Assembly: GCA_963710015.1 (NCBI GenBank)
Contig: CAVPYP010000005.1
Span: 52,841-116,840 of the forward strand
Direction: 5' to 3'
DNA from: an uncultured delta proteobacterium
GTDB lineage: Bacteria; Desulfobacterota; Desulfobulbia; Desulfobulbales; Desulfocapsaceae
Length of the DNA: 64,000 nt
Positions 18,235 to 27,651 of this stretch are shown here, piece by piece. Positions within the stretch are counted from its first letter, which is position 1, and each line of letters starts with the position of its first letter. The notes under the pieces were generated by a model that had not been told where the DNA came from, made no database searches, and saw nothing but the letters and a program-made list of their open reading frames with translations. Position numbers and translations under genes: made by a program.

Positions 18235-19482
18235 ATGAGTTTTAAGATTTTTAATTTTAATGATCACATATCAACTGGCCTTAAAAGCCTGGGGTATGTA
18301 TCACCCACACCAATTCAGCAAAAAGCAATTCAACCGATACTCGATGGACGTGACCTTTTGGGGCTCGCTCAGACCGGTACCGGTAAAACGGCGGCGTTTG
18401 CTCTGCCTATTCTGCAGAACCTCAGCTCCGAAAGGAGTGGTAATATAAAGTCCCTTATCATTTCACCGACGAGAGAGCTTGCTCAGCAGACGTATGCTTA
18501 TATACAAAAATTTTCCCGAAGCCTGAATATCCGCTGCAGTGTCATATATGGCGGGGTGAGCCGCGATGCGCAAATCAGGGAATTAAGGAAGGGCACAGAT
18601 ATTGTTGTGGCCTGCCCTGGCCGCCTTCTGGATTTGGCAAATGACGGGGCGCTTAATTTGTCGAAAGTGGCAGTTCTGGTACTCGATGAGGCCGATCAGA
18701 TGTTCGATCAGGGCTTCCTGCCTGACATCAAGCGAATAATTACAAAACTTCCCCGAAGACGGCAGAACCTGGTCTTCTCGGCAACCATGCCAAAGGAAAT
18801 ACGTGCGCTTCTGGAAGGACTGCTGGTCGATCCTGTCAAGATTGAAGTAGATCACACCAAGCCGCTAACGAGTATAAAGCATACATTCTACCGGGTGGCT
18901 GCAAACAAGAAAAATACCCTTCTCAGGTCCATCCTTAAGGAAGGACATGTGGGTACAGCGATCGTCTTCACCAGGACAAAACATAAGGCCAGGAACCTCG
19001 CCCAGCAATTGAGCAAGAACGGGTTTAAGGCTACTTCGCTGCAGGGAAACCTTTCACAGCAGCAGCGGCATCAGGCGCTTAATGGTTTCAAAACCGGTAC
19101 ATACGATATCCTGGTAGCGACTGATATTGCCGCCCGGGGAATCGATGTGGTCGGTGTGTCCCACGTGATCAACTTTGATATGCCGGGAACATCCGAGGAT
19201 TATATCCATCGCAGCGGCCGTACTGGCAGGGCAAGTCTGTCAGGTGAGGCATATACGTTTGCTACAGCCGACGATTACAAGATGATCAGAAGCCTGGAGC
19301 GGACGCTTAAGGGAGAACTTGTTTATAAGGACTCGCCAGGGATGGAGGCTGACAATGTGGTCGCCATTGAAACGAATGTGAAGAAAAAAACGGTTACCAA
19401 CGTCAGGAAAAATCGCCCTAAAGTGAGAGGAAAACGCTCATCACAGCGGAATCGTGCGGTTTCATTTGATTTTGGTGTCTAG
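18235..19482 (+). CDS. DEAD-box ATP-dependent RNA helicase (RhlE-like)
   Basis: Has a Q-motif, AQTGTGKT, DEAD, SAT and HRSGRTGR, plus a basic C-terminal tail. Confidence 0.92.
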   Translation: MSFKIFNFNDHISTGLKSLGYVSPTPIQQKAIQPILDGRDLLGLAQTGTGKTAAFALPILQNLSSERSGNIKSLIISPTRELAQQTYAYIQKFSRSLNIRCSVIYGGVSRDAQIRELRKGTDIVVACPGRLLDLANDGALNLSKVAVLVLDEADQMFDQGFLPDIKRIITKLPRRRQNLVFSATMPKEIRALLEGLLVDPVKIEVDHTKPLTSIKHTFYRVAANKKNTLLRSILKEGHVGTAIVFTRTKHKARNLAQQLSKNGFKATSLQGNLSQQQRHQALNGFKTGTYDILVATDIAARGIDVVGVSHVINFDMPGTSEDYIHRSGRTGRASLSGEAYTFATADDYKMIRSLERTLKGELVYKDSPGMEADNVVAIETNVKKKTVTNVRKNRPKVRGKRSSQRNRAVSFDFGV

Positions 19483-19528
19483 AGTCTGAACAATGGTAAA
19501 TTGTTTTATCAGGACAATCAGGCTTAAT

Positions 19529-19553
19529 GTCGAGATATAAAAAATATCTCGAC
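19529..19553 (+). other. Perfect 10-bp hairpin between the helicase gene and csp
   Basis: gtcgagatat-aaaaa-atatctcgac, read directly. It could be a terminator, a processing site or a 5'-UTR element. Confidence 0.4.
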
Positions 19554-19604
19554 ACATTAACTAAAGGGTTCCAGACGGAACCGAGCTTAAAGGAGTATTA
19601 CAAG

Positions 19605-19805
19605 ATGGCTGAAGGTACAGTAAAGTGGTTTAACGATGCAAAAGGTTTTGGTTTTATTGAGCAGGATGGCGGGAAAGATGTATTTGTTCATCATTCCGCA
19701 ATCCAGTCTGATGGTTTCAAATCCCTCACAGAAGGTGCACGCGTGACCTTTGACGTGGTTGATGGACCAAAAGGACCTGCTGCAGGCAATGTTGTCCAGC
19801 AGTAG
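19605..19805 (+). CDS. Cold-shock protein (CspA family)
   Basis: [33 protein letters not shown]. An AAGGAG ribosome-binding site is present. I use the internal ATG of track ORF 19527..19805. Confidence 0.92.
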   Translation: MAEGTVKWFNDAKGFGFIEQDGGKDVFVHHSAIQSDGFKSLTEGARVTFDVVDGPKGPAAGNVVQQ

Positions 19806-19826
19806 AATTTTTTGATATCGATCACT

Positions 19827-19860
19827 GCAGAAGTCCCGGCATACTGCCTGGGACTTCTGC
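19827..19860 (+). terminator. Hairpin after csp (11-bp perfect stem)
   Basis: gcagaagtccc ... gggacttctgc, read directly. Confidence 0.55.
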
Positions 19861-19892
19861 GGCAAACATGATTTTTTCATAAGGACAGAGTT

Positions 19893-20036
19893 TTGGCCAA
19901 ACCAAACTATTCATTTGCAAAACGCCAGAAAGAACTGGCGAAAAAGAAAAAGAAAGAGGAAAAAAGGCAGCTTAAACTGGAGAAACGAAAATCTGCAGAT
20001 GAGCAAAAAAATGATCTTTTACCTCAGGAAGATTAG
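19893..20036 (+). CDS. Candidate small lysine-rich protein (47 aa, TTG start), absent from the ORF track
   Basis: AAGGA lies 7 nt before the TTG. The translation is (M)AKPNYSFAKRQKELAKKKKKEEKRQLKLEKRKSADEQKNDLLPQED*. Confidence 0.35.
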   Translation: MAKPNYSFAKRQKELAKKKKKEEKRQLKLEKRKSADEQKNDLLPQED

Positions 20037-20126
20037 CAGTTTCAGTGCCGAATTTCCTCATTGCGAGCACTTAATAAGAGGTGCTTACTTTTAAAATCAG
20101 AGACTGGAGTTGTCTCCTCCATGTAT

Positions 20127-20172
20127 GCCTGCATTGCGCGCATTGTTCGTCAGGCGTCACCCCAATGCAGGC
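20127..20172. terminator. 10-bp perfect inverted repeat between convergent genes
   Basis: gcctgcattg ... caatgcaggc with a 26-nt loop, read directly. Confidence 0.3.
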
Positions 20173-20248
20173 CCCCCGCAGCTTCCTCCGGACTTGATAC
20201 TGTCCATTTCTTTTATCGCGGCTGAGATATGCCGTCCTTCCCGCACCG

Positions 20249-21106
20249 CTAGTACATCTTGCGCATGCCCAGGTCTGCCCCTATCACGTTGAAGGTGTTT
20301 TCTACAATGAACAGTGCCTTGTCATCGATGCTGAATACCCTGTTTTCAAGTCTTTTTAACTGCAGATTATTAGTAATGGTCATGACCATCTCTTTTTGGA
20401 CGCCGGAATAGGCTCCTTTGGCAGCAAACAGCGTTGCCCCCATATTGAGATCCCTGGTTATTGATTCTGAGATTTCCTCATATTTATCGCTGAGAATATA
20501 GACTATTTTCCTCTGGTTAAAAAGCGCAAGAACCTGTTCGAGGGCAAAGGTCGAGATAAAAGTGAGGATCAGGGATGCGACGACGATGTCTGGTTTGTAC
20601 TGACTTAAGACGACCCCAAAAAGAACGGCGTTGAAGAGCATGTAGAATTTTCCGACCCCGAAATTAAATTTCTGGTTGAGAATAATTGCTATTATATCCA
20701 GCCCTCCGCTGGAGCCTCTGGATCTCAGGACAATACCGGTGCCGATACCGCAGATCACTCCTCCGGCGACGGCTGCATAGAGTTGATCCTCGATCGGAAA
20801 GTTCAGCTGTAATATCTCCGTAAAGAGGGATACTGCTGAGACACCGTAGACACTGTAATAGAAGAATCGTCTGCTGAGATATATCCAGCCGGCAATAAGG
20901 AGTGGAATGTTGAGGATGAAGAACCATTGTCCGGGAGAGAGCAGGTTGGTTTTGTAATAGATAAACAGACAGGTTCCATACAGGCCACCGATGATGAATT
21001 TCTGGTGTATAAGGATCGATTCCACACCAACGGAGAAAATAAAAGAACCCAGAGTAATGAGCAGAATATCCCAGCCAATAGTGGCTAATTTGCTTTTTTT
21101 CTTCAT
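20249..21106 (-). CDS. YitT-family membrane protein (DUF2179 C-terminal domain)
   Basis: 285 aa with 5-6 TM segments and a soluble C-terminal domain, as in the YitT/YpjC family. Confidence 0.8.
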   Translation of the reverse strand: MKKKSKLATIGWDILLITLGSFIFSVGVESILIHQKFIIGGLYGTCLFIYYKTNLLSPGQWFFILNIPLLIAGWIYLSRRFFYYSVYGVSAVSLFTEILQLNFPIEDQLYAAVAGGVICGIGTGIVLRSRGSSGGLDIIAIILNQKFNFGVGKFYMLFNAVLFGVVLSQYKPDIVVASLILTFISTFALEQVLALFNQRKIVYILSDKYEEISESITRDLNMGATLFAAKGAYSGVQKEMVMTITNNLQLKRLENRVFSIDDKALFIVENTFNVIGADLGMRKMY

Positions 21107-21326
21107 TTCAGCACCAGCTGTAATAATGTTTGCATGATTTGTCTGTACCTTGAGCGGTAAAACTATTTAGTTGTAATTCTTCAAGAATACTATAATAGGT
21201 CAGGGAAGCTATACTATTTTGTCAAAACAGCCAATGAAATTCTTTGTCAGAGACTAATATTAATGTCCTGCTGAGTCGCCCGCATCTTTTAAGCAACCGA
21301 TCATGAAATGAATGAATTGAATTGAG

Positions 21327-22178
21327 ATGTTGAGAGGCTACACACTGGTTATAGCAGCTGCGTCGTGCTGGGGGCTTATCGGTATTTTTTCCTTTATTGC
21401 CTTTGAACAGGGAGTTCAGCCTATGGAGGTTGCCTTCTGGCGTGCTGTTTTATCCTGGTTGTTTTTCGCCGCTTATGCTGTGATCAGGAAAGAGACCCGG
21501 CTGGTTAAAAAAGATGTGCCATTACTGGTTATTTTCGGTCTTCTGGGTATTTCCGCATTTTATGTTTCCTACCTTGTTGCCGTTAAAGAGGGTGGGGCGG
21601 CCTTTGCCTCCGTTCTGCTTTATACGGCGCCCGCCTGGGTGGTAACCTGTTCGTTTTTTATCTTTCGAGAAAAAATGACCATCAGTAAAATAGTGTCAGT
21701 GCTGATGGTCGCATTGGGTGTACTGCTTATCTCAAAAACAGGGGGTAATACCAATTCGTCCAACTCCCTCGGGTTTGCTGCCGTTTTTTCAGGTCTTGTT
21801 GCCGGATTCTGTTATTCCCTTTACTACACAATGGGTAAGTACTTCACCTCACGATATTCCTCTGCCAATCTCTTTCTTTATGTCCTTCCCATTGGCGCCC
21901 TCGGTATTCTGCCGTTTGTCACCTTCGAACACAAATCAGCAGCAGCATGGCTTGCCTTGCTGGCAGTTTCCTTTGTTTCAACATTTATCGCCAATTACTG
22001 CTATTATCAGGGGTTGAAATATCTTGAAGCGGGGCGGGCATCTATCGTTGCCACAATTGAACCGGTAATTGCCGCCGCCAGCGCCTATTTCATTCTCGGA
22101 GAGTATTTTACCTATCTTGGCTATGCAGGAGCGCTGATGATAATTGCAGCAGTTCTCTTGACCATATACAAAACGTGA
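21327..22178 (+). CDS. EamA/DMT-family transporter
   Basis: 283 aa with 10 TM segments arranged as two EamA repeats. Confidence 0.85.
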   Translation: MLRGYTLVIAAASCWGLIGIFSFIAFEQGVQPMEVAFWRAVLSWLFFAAYAVIRKETRLVKKDVPLLVIFGLLGISAFYVSYLVAVKEGGAAFASVLLYTAPAWVVTCSFFIFREKMTISKIVSVLMVALGVLLISKTGGNTNSSNSLGFAAVFSGLVAGFCYSLYYTMGKYFTSRYSSANLFLYVLPIGALGILPFVTFEHKSAAAWLALLAVSFVSTFIANYCYYQGLKYLEAGRASIVATIEPVIAAASAYFILGEYFTYLGYAGALMIIAAVLLTIYKT

Positions 22179-22365
22179 GATTTACGCTCAGAGCGTTCAT
22201 CCCTGGAAATTATGGGCACCGAGAAGGATATAATTATTCCTGTGGGACATCAGGGTAAATGGCTTGAGAATTTTGGTCTTGTCGACACTGAGGAGTTCTT
22301 CTAGACGTTTTCTCTGATCAATTTCCAAAAGGGGTGCTTCATCTGTTTCTCTCTCTGATAGCGTC

Positions 22366-25038
22366 TCACTGCTTCGTCTCACTGCTGGTTTGATTGCCCT
22401 GAGCGGTACTCGATATTTTCGCTGTTTCCACCCTGTTTCTGCCATTGTGCTTTGCCTGGTAGAGTGCATTATCTACCGATTTGAGCAGTTCCTTGAGGGT
22501 GCGCCCGTGGATGGGTGCGGTAGCAACTCCGCAGGAAACGGTAAAATGTATTGTCCCGGAGCCGTGTGGAATTGCCAGCGTATCGGCAATTTCAGCCCGT
22601 ATTTTCTCGGCCTTGCGGAAGGCTCGATCTGTGGTGGTATTAACCATGATTATTATGAACTCCTCGCCGCCAAACCGACAGGCCAGATCTTCTCCACGTG
22701 TGTTTTTCTTCAGGTAGCGCCCGAGTTCCTGTAAAACAAAATCTCCCATCTCATGGCCGTAGGTATCATTGAAATTTTTGAAATGATCCACGTCAAGCAT
22801 GATGAGACTGCATTGAGTCTCATATCTCATCAGCCGATGAAACTGGCGTTGCAATATCTCTTCCATATGGCGTCTGTTTGCCAGACCGGTGAGGCTGTCC
22901 TGTATTGATTTGAGCTTGAGTTCTTCCTGGAGTTTGAGATTCGCAAAGGCCAGGGAAAGGTGGTCGGCAAGCCTGGCGCAGAGTCTGGTTTTACGATCCA
23001 GGAGTGCATCTGCGGTTTGCGGCTCCGTATTGATCGGGGCTTGAAAGACAATATGGAGCAGCCCGGTAATGACACCTTGGGCAATCAGCGGAATGCAGAG
23101 ATAGCCGTGAGGGGCTTCACCAACGTGTTCGCAGGACATATCCTGGTCCATCCCGTGAAAGAGATAGTTCTTCCCCTGTCTCAGGGCCCAGCAGCTGTCG
23201 CTGGTCATTGAGTTGAATGTCAAGGAATCCGGGACAGGCGGAACAACCTGGTCAAGCAGCTGGGTTGTTTCGTCGTGCAGGTAGAGCGTGCATGTATCAG
23301 CTGGAAATAATATTTTCAGATATTGTTTGATCACAGGAAAAGTCTCGCTGATAGAGCGGCAGGACTGCATCATATCGGCCATCTCGCCCATGTATCGATT
23401 CATCAGGTTTCGCTGTTCCAGCTCGGAAATCTGTAGGGAGAGCTCAGCTGTTCTCTTTTCTACCATTACCTCCAGATCTTCAAGAATCTTTTCCTGATTT
23501 TCCTCGGCAATTTTTCTATCATTTATGTCTGCAAGGAATCCTTCGATATGAGAGATCTCGTCACTGTTTGTTTTGTGAACTCCGCGAGCATTGAGCAGGC
23601 ACCAGAAAACAACCCCTGATTTTCTGTAGAGCTGAACCTCAAAAGCTTTTACCGTGCGTTCTTCAATGAGCGTCTCCATGATTTTACTGCAGAGCTCCTT
23701 TCTGACAATGAGATCCTGGTAGAAGTTTATTTTCTGGTCCAGCAATACCTGGCTGTTGTCGTAGCCAAGCATGGAAACAAACGATGGATTGACTTTGAGA
23801 ATATTTCCATCTGTGTCGAACTGGAAGATTCCCTCCACAGCATTCTCAAAGATTGACCTGAATCCTTTCTCTGATTCATGTAGCTTGTTGTTTGACATCT
23901 GGAGCTGAGCGAGAAAGGTATTAAAGTGATTCTCAAGCTGCCCAAGTTCGTCCAGTGACTTCGGTGACAAACGTTTACTGAAATCACCTTTCGAGGCAGC
24001 TTTAAGGCCGAGTGTCAGGTGTTTAATTGGTCGGGTGATGGTCTTGCTTATCTGCCAGGTCAGGCCAATAATGAGTATGCTCAACAGGATGATAATACCA
24101 AAGATAAAAGATCTCAAGTCGTTAAGGGGCCGGTAAAACTCATCGAGATAACCAGTAGAAGCAACAATCCAGTCCAGTTCGGGAACATAATCAAAATAGA
24201 CCTGAGCTTTACGGGTGGCCCGCTCTCCGGGAGGCTGCCACTTATAGGTCATAGTTCCTTTCTTAATCCTGCAGATTTCCTGGATAAACTTTCTTTCAGA
24301 AGAATCTTCCTGATTAAAGATATTCTCTCCTTCACGTTTCGGATGGATTACCAGGTTCCCTTTGGTATCCATGACGAAGGAAAAGCCGGTTTCGCCAAAC
24401 TGGTTGGCGAGAATTGATTTTCTCAACTCGTCAAGATCCAGATGAGAGCTGAAATCATCTTGGCTGACGGCAGCAGAGATAATCCAGTCCCACGGTCCGA
24501 AATAGGTCCGATAATGTGCCTTTCCCGTAGTCCAGTTCTCGTTTTGACGGTCTTTCGGCTGATGCGCAAGAGCGTACCCATATTTGGGTATTATGGTGCG
24601 GCCGCGGCTGTCCTTGCCTGTTATGCTTTTGCCAATTAACTCATTGTCAGGATGGGCCTGGATTTCTCCATTACTGTTGACCACATACAAAAATCCGGTC
24701 TTTCCTATAGATTGACTGGCAAATATTTTAACAGCCCGCTTCTTGGCTTCAACCTCTTTCAAGTCTTCCTGGTATATGCCAATGATGATCTCCAGGTTTC
24801 GTTCTACCACTATCCGGAGCTGATCGATAATTGAGTTATTTACTGCTGTCTTGATAATCAATCGATTTGCAAGGGTGCTGCTGCTCAGCTCTGTGGCGAT
24901 ATCTTTATTGATTGTGGAGCGCACAAATAGATAGATAATTGAGTTGCCGATAAGGATAACTAATAGGAAAATGAGCAGATAGCCGTAAAGTAACCTCGAC
25001 CTGATGGGTAGATTACGCGTCCATTTCTTAAAATTCAT
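22366..25038 (-). CDS. Membrane sensor diguanylate cyclase (dCache-HAMP-PAS-GAF-like-GGDEF)
   Basis: Has TM segments, a periplasmic double-Cache-like region, HAMP, PAS and a C-terminal GGDEF domain with RFGGEEF. I chose the ATG at 25038 (MNFKKWTRNL...); the alternative is 25077. Confidence 0.85.
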   Translation of the reverse strand: MNFKKWTRNLPIRSRLLYGYLLIFLLVILIGNSIIYLFVRSTINKDIATELSSSTLANRLIIKTAVNNSIIDQLRIVVERNLEIIIGIYQEDLKEVEAKKRAVKIFASQSIGKTGFLYVVNSNGEIQAHPDNELIGKSITGKDSRGRTIIPKYGYALAHQPKDRQNENWTTGKAHYRTYFGPWDWIISAAVSQDDFSSHLDLDELRKSILANQFGETGFSFVMDTKGNLVIHPKREGENIFNQEDSSERKFIQEICRIKKGTMTYKWQPPGERATRKAQVYFDYVPELDWIVASTGYLDEFYRPLNDLRSFIFGIIILLSILIIGLTWQISKTITRPIKHLTLGLKAASKGDFSKRLSPKSLDELGQLENHFNTFLAQLQMSNNKLHESEKGFRSIFENAVEGIFQFDTDGNILKVNPSFVSMLGYDNSQVLLDQKINFYQDLIVRKELCSKIMETLIEERTVKAFEVQLYRKSGVVFWCLLNARGVHKTNSDEISHIEGFLADINDRKIAEENQEKILEDLEVMVEKRTAELSLQISELEQRNLMNRYMGEMADMMQSCRSISETFPVIKQYLKILFPADTCTLYLHDETTQLLDQVVPPVPDSLTFNSMTSDSCWALRQGKNYLFHGMDQDMSCEHVGEAPHGYLCIPLIAQGVITGLLHIVFQAPINTEPQTADALLDRKTRLCARLADHLSLAFANLKLQEELKLKSIQDSLTGLANRRHMEEILQRQFHRLMRYETQCSLIMLDVDHFKNFNDTYGHEMGDFVLQELGRYLKKNTRGEDLACRFGGEEFIIIMVNTTTDRAFRKAEKIRAEIADTLAIPHGSGTIHFTVSCGVATAPIHGRTLKELLKSVDNALYQAKHNGRNRVETAKISSTAQGNQTSSETKQ

Positions 25039-25445
25039 ACTCACCCTGTTGCCAATAAAAAAATCATTAAATTGCATATCGACCTTATCAAGTATACCTG
25101 AACCACGGGCCCCATTCAAATTTCATCACCGTAAATTGAAGGTGAATGTTTATTATTCACAGTAGTTTTAACAAAAATCAGCAGAACCGCCGGCGATGCC
25201 GGGAAGTAAAGCCAGGCGTTTTATGCGTGGTCGTTTACTGGCGGCTGGCAGGAAAAACTTGACACTTCATATTTTGAACTGAATATTCTCTTATACTGAG
25301 TGGGAAGACCAGCAATTATTCGTTAACAGATGGCCTTGGGGTGGGCTTTCACGGCTTGAACTGTCAAGATACACCATGGTAACTGTTTGATTTAATCTGC
25401 CCGGGATTTCCAGCACGTTGAACACTGTTAAAGGAGAGTACATAC

Positions 25446-26843
25446 ATGCAGGAATCGTCTGAGCCTTTGTGGGATAGAACACTGAGACGGATTAGAGAAA
25501 TATGGCCGCTCGGAGACCCTGAGCTGAAGAATATGGTGAGTCCCTCTTTTCCTAAAAGTGACTTCGCTAGAGTGAGAGATAAAATTGATGCCTGTCTCGA
25601 GAACCTGGGAGGGGAGGTCTCGGCGCGAGCGCGTGCTGCAGAACTTGGGGAGGCTTACTCTGTGCTCAATGCTGACGGGAGAAAACGGTTTCTGGAGCTT
25701 CTGGCGGGAGAATACGACGTGGACAATGTGGCGGTGGAGAAGGCCATCACCAAACATCGCCAGGCAGTTGAGACAGATGAAAAACAGATAGCCACGGCCC
25801 AGCTGCGTGATCTGCTCGAGCCTCCTCGCTCACGGCTCATGAGGCAATTCAATGGCCTGCAGGAAGGGGTGAAGTTCTTGGTCGATCTGAGGGCCGAACT
25901 TATTGAATGGGCCCGTGAGAGCCGCGAACTAAAGGCGCTGGACAGCGATGTCTACCGGCTCCTGGAGTCCTGGTTCGATGTCGGTTTTCTGGACCTGCGT
26001 CTTATTACCTGGAAAACCCCGGCTGACCTGCTTGAAAAGTTGGTTAAATATGAGGCGGTTCATAAAATAAGATCATGGCAGGACATGAAGAACAGGCTTG
26101 AAGAGGATAGACGATGCTATGCATTTTTTCATCCCCGTATGCCCGATGAACCTCTTATATTTGTCGAGGTGGCGCTTGTTAACGGCATTTCAACGAATGT
26201 GCATGAACTCCTTGATGAGCAGGCACCGGCCGGTAACCCCAAAGAAGCTGATACCGCTATTTTCTACTCAATTTCCACCTGCCAGAAAGGCCTGGCCGGT
26301 GTTAGTTTTGGTAATTTCCTGATAAAACGGGTTGTTGCTGATCTCAAGACAAATCTGCCGAACCTGAAAACGTTTTCGACCCTGTCCCCGATTCCTGGTT
26401 TTGTAGGCTGGGTAAAGACTCTCACTGAGGAGAATCATCCGTTTCTTCGTGAGTCAGAAGCGATCACATTATTGCAGTCAGATGGGTTCACTGCCGAGCA
26501 GTTTCGGGACGTTATGAGTCCGGATGATAAGGCGGATAAAGAGACCAAGGAGCGGGCGAAAACAATGGAGCAGAGTCTGCTCCGGCTCTGCGCCCATTAT
26601 CTGCTGGAAGAGAAAAGAGGAACCCAGGCGCATGACAGAGTGGCGCATTTTCATTTGACCAACGGGGCGAAAGTTAAACAGATAAACTGTGCTGCTGACC
26701 TTACAGACAACGGCATTATGCAGTCCGCCGGGATGATGGTTAACTACCTGTATGACCTGCCAACTATCGACAAGAACCATGAAGCCTATTCCGGCCAGGG
26801 TGAGATAGCAGCGATGGCACCAGTGAAAAAATTGCTGAAATAA
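25446..26843 (+). CDS. Malonyl-CoA decarboxylase
   Basis: 465 aa. The MCD family pattern is present (...FYSISTCQKGLAGVSFGNFLIKRVV...STLSPIPGF). An AAAGGAGAG ribosome-binding site is present. Confidence 0.8.
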   Translation: MQESSEPLWDRTLRRIREIWPLGDPELKNMVSPSFPKSDFARVRDKIDACLENLGGEVSARARAAELGEAYSVLNADGRKRFLELLAGEYDVDNVAVEKAITKHRQAVETDEKQIATAQLRDLLEPPRSRLMRQFNGLQEGVKFLVDLRAELIEWARESRELKALDSDVYRLLESWFDVGFLDLRLITWKTPADLLEKLVKYEAVHKIRSWQDMKNRLEEDRRCYAFFHPRMPDEPLIFVEVALVNGISTNVHELLDEQAPAGNPKEADTAIFYSISTCQKGLAGVSFGNFLIKRVVADLKTNLPNLKTFSTLSPIPGFVGWVKTLTEENHPFLRESEAITLLQSDGFTAEQFRDVMSPDDKADKETKERAKTMEQSLLRLCAHYLLEEKRGTQAHDRVAHFHLTNGAKVKQINCAADLTDNGIMQSAGMMVNYLYDLPTIDKNHEAYSGQGEIAAMAPVKKLLK

Positions 26844-27024
26844 GGTGTTTTCCCGCAAGCCTGATGGAGTGTTAGAATTTTGTCCTGGAGTTGCGTATGG
26901 CGCTGATCATGACTATTGAGTAATAAAGCAGCCTCTAGAAGGTGCGGCTGTCTGCGGTCTTCTTCTGTTTTCCCGTGTCGCCGGAAAATCAATACTCAAT
27001 TAATAAATCGCCAAGGAGATAACT

Positions 27025-27486
27025 ATGAGCCAACTTAGAAAAATATTACTTCTCGTTACCTCTGCAATCTTCTGCAGCGCCCTGCTCGCCGGGCAGGCAT
27101 TTGCCCATTGTCAGATTCCCTGCGGTATTTATGATGATCATGCCCGGGTGACAGCAATGCTTGAGGACGCAGCGACGGTAGAAAAATCGATTAAGCTGAT
27201 CAATGAGCTTGCCGGCAAGTCAGACGCTCAGTCTCAGAACCAGCTGGTCAGGTGGGTGGTCAATAAAGAGAATCATGCCCAGAAGATCATCTCCTCGATC
27301 AGCGATTATTTTTTGACTCAGAGAGTAAAAGCAGACCAGGAGGATTACACAGAACGTTTAGTCACGCATCATGCGGTTATCGTGGCGGCAATGAAGGCAA
27401 AACAAAACAGTGATATGGCCTCCGCAGCGGCTTTAAAAGAAAGTATCGAGGCGTTGATACCCTATTATCCCGAGCATAAAGAATAA
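27025..27486 (+). CDS. sodN: Nickel superoxide dismutase precursor with Sec-type signal peptide
   Basis: The Ni-hook HCQIPCGIYDD (compare HCDLPCGVYDP) follows directly after MSQLRKILLLVTSAIFCSALLAGQAFA. An AAGGAG ribosome-binding site is present. Confidence 0.85.
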   Translation: MSQLRKILLLVTSAIFCSALLAGQAFAHCQIPCGIYDDHARVTAMLEDAATVEKSIKLINELAGKSDAQSQNQLVRWVVNKENHAQKIISSISDYFLTQRVKADQEDYTERLVTHHAVIVAAMKAKQNSDMASAAALKESIEALIPYYPEHKE

Positions 27487-27487
27487 A

Positions 27488-27519
27488 CCGGAAGAAACGG
27501 TGTCCACCGTTTCTTCCGG
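27488..27519 (+). terminator. Strong hairpin after sodN (about 14-bp stem)
   Basis: ccggaagaaacggtg/caccgtttcttccgg, starting 2 nt after the stop codon. Confidence 0.6.
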
Positions 27520-27651
27520 CGATTGTCCTCAACACCGTCATTCAGCTATCACTAAAGTGTTGTGTTTCCATCTAAAATATAATAAAAACGATCGGTTGTA
27601 TGTCGGTCCGGATGGACAGGAGTGAAGAAAGAGTGATAGTGGTAATTACGG

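Noticed and set aside
22197-22469. 90-aa minus-strand ORF downstream of and overlapping the GGDEF gene.
   Set aside because: It overlaps the 3' end of the diguanylate cyclase gene by about 100 nt in another frame. It has no ribosome-binding site or recognisable motif, and it lies in a convergent terminator region.
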